This document shows positions 34,847 to 36,988 of a stretch of 36,988 nucleotides of DNA, piece after piece. The notes under the pieces were generated by a model. The model was not told the DNA's origin. It saw only the letters and a program-made list of their open reading frames with translations, and made no database searches. Each line of letters opens with the position of its first letter. The stretch's first letter is position 1. This DNA comes from a virus. The stretch is taken from the UHGV virus genome UHGV-1356966; one strand, 5' to 3'. The translations under genes were made by a program, and so were the position numbers.

Positions 34847-35694
34847 ACGTAAGAAACATAGATAGCTTTTTTAGCGTTGTCGAATACGATAGCATCATAG
34901 TAATCTAAACCTTTAATCGTATCTCGATAGCCGCTTCGATCTTGTGATGCTGGCACTGTGTCGACTGTACCAAACTTAACAATAGGCGCCACTGCAGTTA
35001 GTGGAACGATAATGAAGTTAAGTGTGTCTTCAATAGTTATTCCAGAAAAACGATCTTTCGCTACTTTTAGAATAGGGACACCCCCATCAATCTGAGCTAC
35101 TGTTCTATCAATTCCATTAATAGACATTTGGTTTGTCGTGAATGTTTTGCTAACACCTTTGGCATTTTTTAATAAACGATAAGTAGCTGCTGATACAAAC
35201 ATTACGTAGCCACCAGGAACTTCATTGTCAGTCATATATTCTTCAGCGGCATCATATGCAGCTAGAATATTGTCTTCGGTTAAAGTTTCGTTCACTTTTT
35301 TACCGGCATTGTCATACATTACTTGAACAGCAACTTTATCTCTATGTGGAACAGTGATTAAACGTTTGTGTTCAGTTACAATATTGTTAATAGTTAGTGC
35401 AGCACTTTCAGATTGATCGAGTTGATCTACGTCATACCCAAACCAATCTTCGTGAGTTAATCTAATTGTTTCTTTTTCAATACTAATTTGATTACGAGCG
35501 TTTTCTCCGTTCCGTTGATATTGTGTCGCATCAACGAATCCTGACATTTTGTTGATACGTACTTCGTTTGCGCCAACAAAGTCAGCTGCAGTGATACTTT
35601 TTGCACCTTGAATTAAGACATCCCACACTTGAGAGTCAGCTCTAAATTCTTTGTCAATGGTTGCTAAATCTTTTGAGTCTAATACTAAAGCCAT
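34834..35694 (-). CDS. Major capsid protein
   Basis: 286 aa, directly after the scaffold gene and followed by a strong terminator. Confidence 0.8.
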   Translation of the reverse strand: MALVLDSKDLATIDKEFRADSQVWDVLIQGAKSITAADFVGANEVRINKMSGFVDATQYQRNGENARNQISIEKETIRLTHEDWFGYDVDQLDQSESAALTINNIVTEHKRLITVPHRDKVAVQVMYDNAGKKVNETLTEDNILAAYDAAEEYMTDNEVPGGYVMFVSAATYRLLKNAKGVSKTFTTNQMSINGIDRTVAQIDGGVPILKVAKDRFSGITIEDTLNFIIVPLTAVAPIVKFGTVDTVPASQDRSGYRDTIKGLDYYDAIVFDNAKKAIYVSYVPKA

Positions 35695-35696
35695 AT

Positions 35697-36266
35697 TTAT
35701 TCACCTAATCTTTCTTGAATTTTTTGTACAATACTTTTTCCGCCTACTGTACTACCCGCAGGATTTCCAGAGGGAACAATCGTTGGTGTCGGCGGAGTTG
35801 GTTCAGGGTCTTTTGCTTCTTGAAATAAGAATGATTTACTTTCTTGAAGTCCTTTTAATTGTTCTTCAAAACCTTGTAATTTACCGTCGACAACTTTAAT
35901 AGTGTCTTTGTCTAGTTGACCAAGCACAATTTCTTCATCAAGCGCATTTGCTTCTTTTAAAGCTAACTTGATAGCAAAATCTTTCTGCTGCTCTGCAAGT
36001 TTTGTTTCAGAATCAGATTTGGCAGCATCAAATTTACTTTGTAAATCTGCAAGTTGTTGAGTCAGTCCCTCGTTACCTTTTGCAGCTTCTTTAAGTGCGT
36101 CTAATTCAGTCTGGTTAGAGTCAAGCTGTTCTTTGAACTGATCACGCTCTTGTTCTGCAGTGGCTACTTGAGCATTTAACTGCGTAACAGTTTTCCCATG
36201 TAAAGCCATAACTGATTTAGCAATTTCTTCGTCAATTCCTAAAGCGATAAGATCTTCTTTTTTCAT
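35697..36266 (-). CDS. Scaffold protein
   Basis: Helical and Glu/Lys/Gln-rich, with a Pro/Thr-rich C-terminus. Sits immediately upstream of the capsid gene. Confidence 0.7.
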   Translation of the reverse strand: MKKEDLIALGIDEEIAKSVMALHGKTVTQLNAQVATAEQERDQFKEQLDSNQTELDALKEAAKGNEGLTQQLADLQSKFDAAKSDSETKLAEQQKDFAIKLALKEANALDEEIVLGQLDKDTIKVVDGKLQGFEEQLKGLQESKSFLFQEAKDPEPTPPTPTIVPSGNPAGSTVGGKSIVQKIQERLGE

Positions 36267-36345
36267 TTTCTTTTCCTCCTAAGTGTTTTTAGAGTGGCAA
36301 CTCCCACTGCGAGCCGTCTTTTAGAGACATCCGAGCAGGTCTAAG

Positions 36346-36374
36346 CAAAATAAAAAAGCCTAATCGTTGATTAG
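36346..36374 (-). terminator. Weak AT-rich hairpin plus U-run after the gp7-like gene
   Basis: CTAATC-gtt-GATTAG followed on the minus strand by UUUUUUAUUUU. Confidence 0.3.
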
Positions 36375-36376
36375 AC

Positions 36377-36988
36377 TTAAAAATCGTCATAGTGAAAATC
36401 TTTCAATAAGGTATTAATAGGTGTGTATACCTTCTCTCTTGCATAATTTCTATTCAAATACTCATTAGAATCAACTAGAGTACGCAATCGACTTTGTGCG
36501 GCTCTAATTTTCTTCGCCCACTCTTTTGCATTTTCGTCTTGTCCGAGAGCTTCTGAGACCATTCTATTCTTTTTATATTTCACAACCTGACGTTCTAGGT
36601 AGCGTTGCTTCTTAGTTAATTCTGCAACCTTTTTATTTTCTTTTTCGTTGAATTTAGGTTGATTATTTGTATTGACACCAGGAATAAATGGGATATGCAG
36701 ATGTTGACAATTTACACCTCGGTGCCCGCCTGCAGTTTCATATTCTGCTTGCCAATACGGGTCGTAGATACTTCTATATTTCCAATTGGGAGGCAATTCA
36801 GATACGGGCCGTAAATCAACCACATGACCTTGAATCTTTGAACATGCTTGCCTTGCTCCCATATGGCTTGTGACTAGCACTGTGTGGACACTATACTCGC
36901 TCATGCGGTCTTTTCTTAATGCGTCATAGGTATTTGACAGGGTAGACTTTAAAACTGTTCTAACATACCGCTCTAAGCTCCATGTATG
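36377..36988 (-). CDS. C-terminal part of the same SPP1 gp7 / Mu F-like head morphogenesis protein. The frame is open to the right window edge.
   Basis: From 36988 the minus frame reads HTWSLERYVRTVLKSTLSNTYDALRKDRMSEYSVHTVLVTSHMGARQACSKIQGHVVDL… with no stop. The Mu-F core motif is present. The Met listed in the ORF track (36904) is internal. Confidence 0.6.
   Translation of the reverse strand, partial: HTWSLERYVRTVLKSTLSNTYDALRKDRMSEYSVHTVLVTSHMGARQACSKIQGHVVDLRPVSELPPNWKYRSIYDPYWQAEYETAGGHRGVNCQHLHIPFIPGVNTNNQPKFNEKENKKVAELTKKQRYLERQVVKYKKNRMVSEALGQDENAKEWAKKIRAAQSRLRTLVDSNEYLNRNYAREKVYTPINTLLKDFHYDDF

Noticed and set aside
1-36988. CRISPR arrays, reverse transcriptase/retron, toxin-antitoxin protein pairs, restriction-modification, bacterial flanking genes
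   Set aside because: No regularly spaced repeats, no RT-like ORF and no nuclease partner for the methyltransferase are present. Every ORF fits phage modules, so no host flank is visible in the window.

Overview
The window reads as a complete, circularly permuted genome of a temperate siphovirus from a low-GC Firmicutes (Bacilli-type) host. This assignment is by gene-family content only. Nearly every gene is on the minus strand. Reading the minus strand from high to low coordinates gives the canonical order: Cro-like regulator, antirepressor, Rad52-like recombinase (Sak), DUF968/HNH protein, replisome organizer with embedded origin repeats, MazG, an SPFH membrane module, YopX, a methyltransferase, the ArpU late activator, two inserted accessory genes, terS, terL, portal and the start of a Mu-F/gp7-like head protein. 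The same gp7-like gene resumes at the right edge of the window and is followed by scaffold, capsid, head-tail joining proteins, major tail protein, chaperones, tape measure, Dit, Tal-like protein, fibres, XkdX/XhlA/holin and a Sec-signal amidase. The plus strand carries the lysogeny block (ImmR-like repressor, ImmA protease, a second XRE regulator, tyrosine integrase), a 74-nt tRNA(CAT) with integrase arm-type repeats around it (attP-like), and one accessory gene opposite the lysis cassette. The most notable points are these. (1) The two window edges cut one gene, and joining them gives a seamless reading frame and motif. (2) Two programmed frameshifts can be read directly from the sequence: a -1 shift at C_CCA_AAA with a downstream hairpin that appends a Big_2 Ig-like domain to the capsid protein, and a +1 shift at CCC_UAA with a hairpin that appends an FN3-like domain to the major tail protein. 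(3) There are several accessory loci of unknown function: a 27-aa hydrophobic peptide with a GC-rich structured tail, an AT-rich membrane protein between ArpU and terS, a three-gene SPFH membrane module, and a glycine-zipper protein between attP and the lysin. No CRISPR array, reverse transcriptase or recognisable host flank is present.
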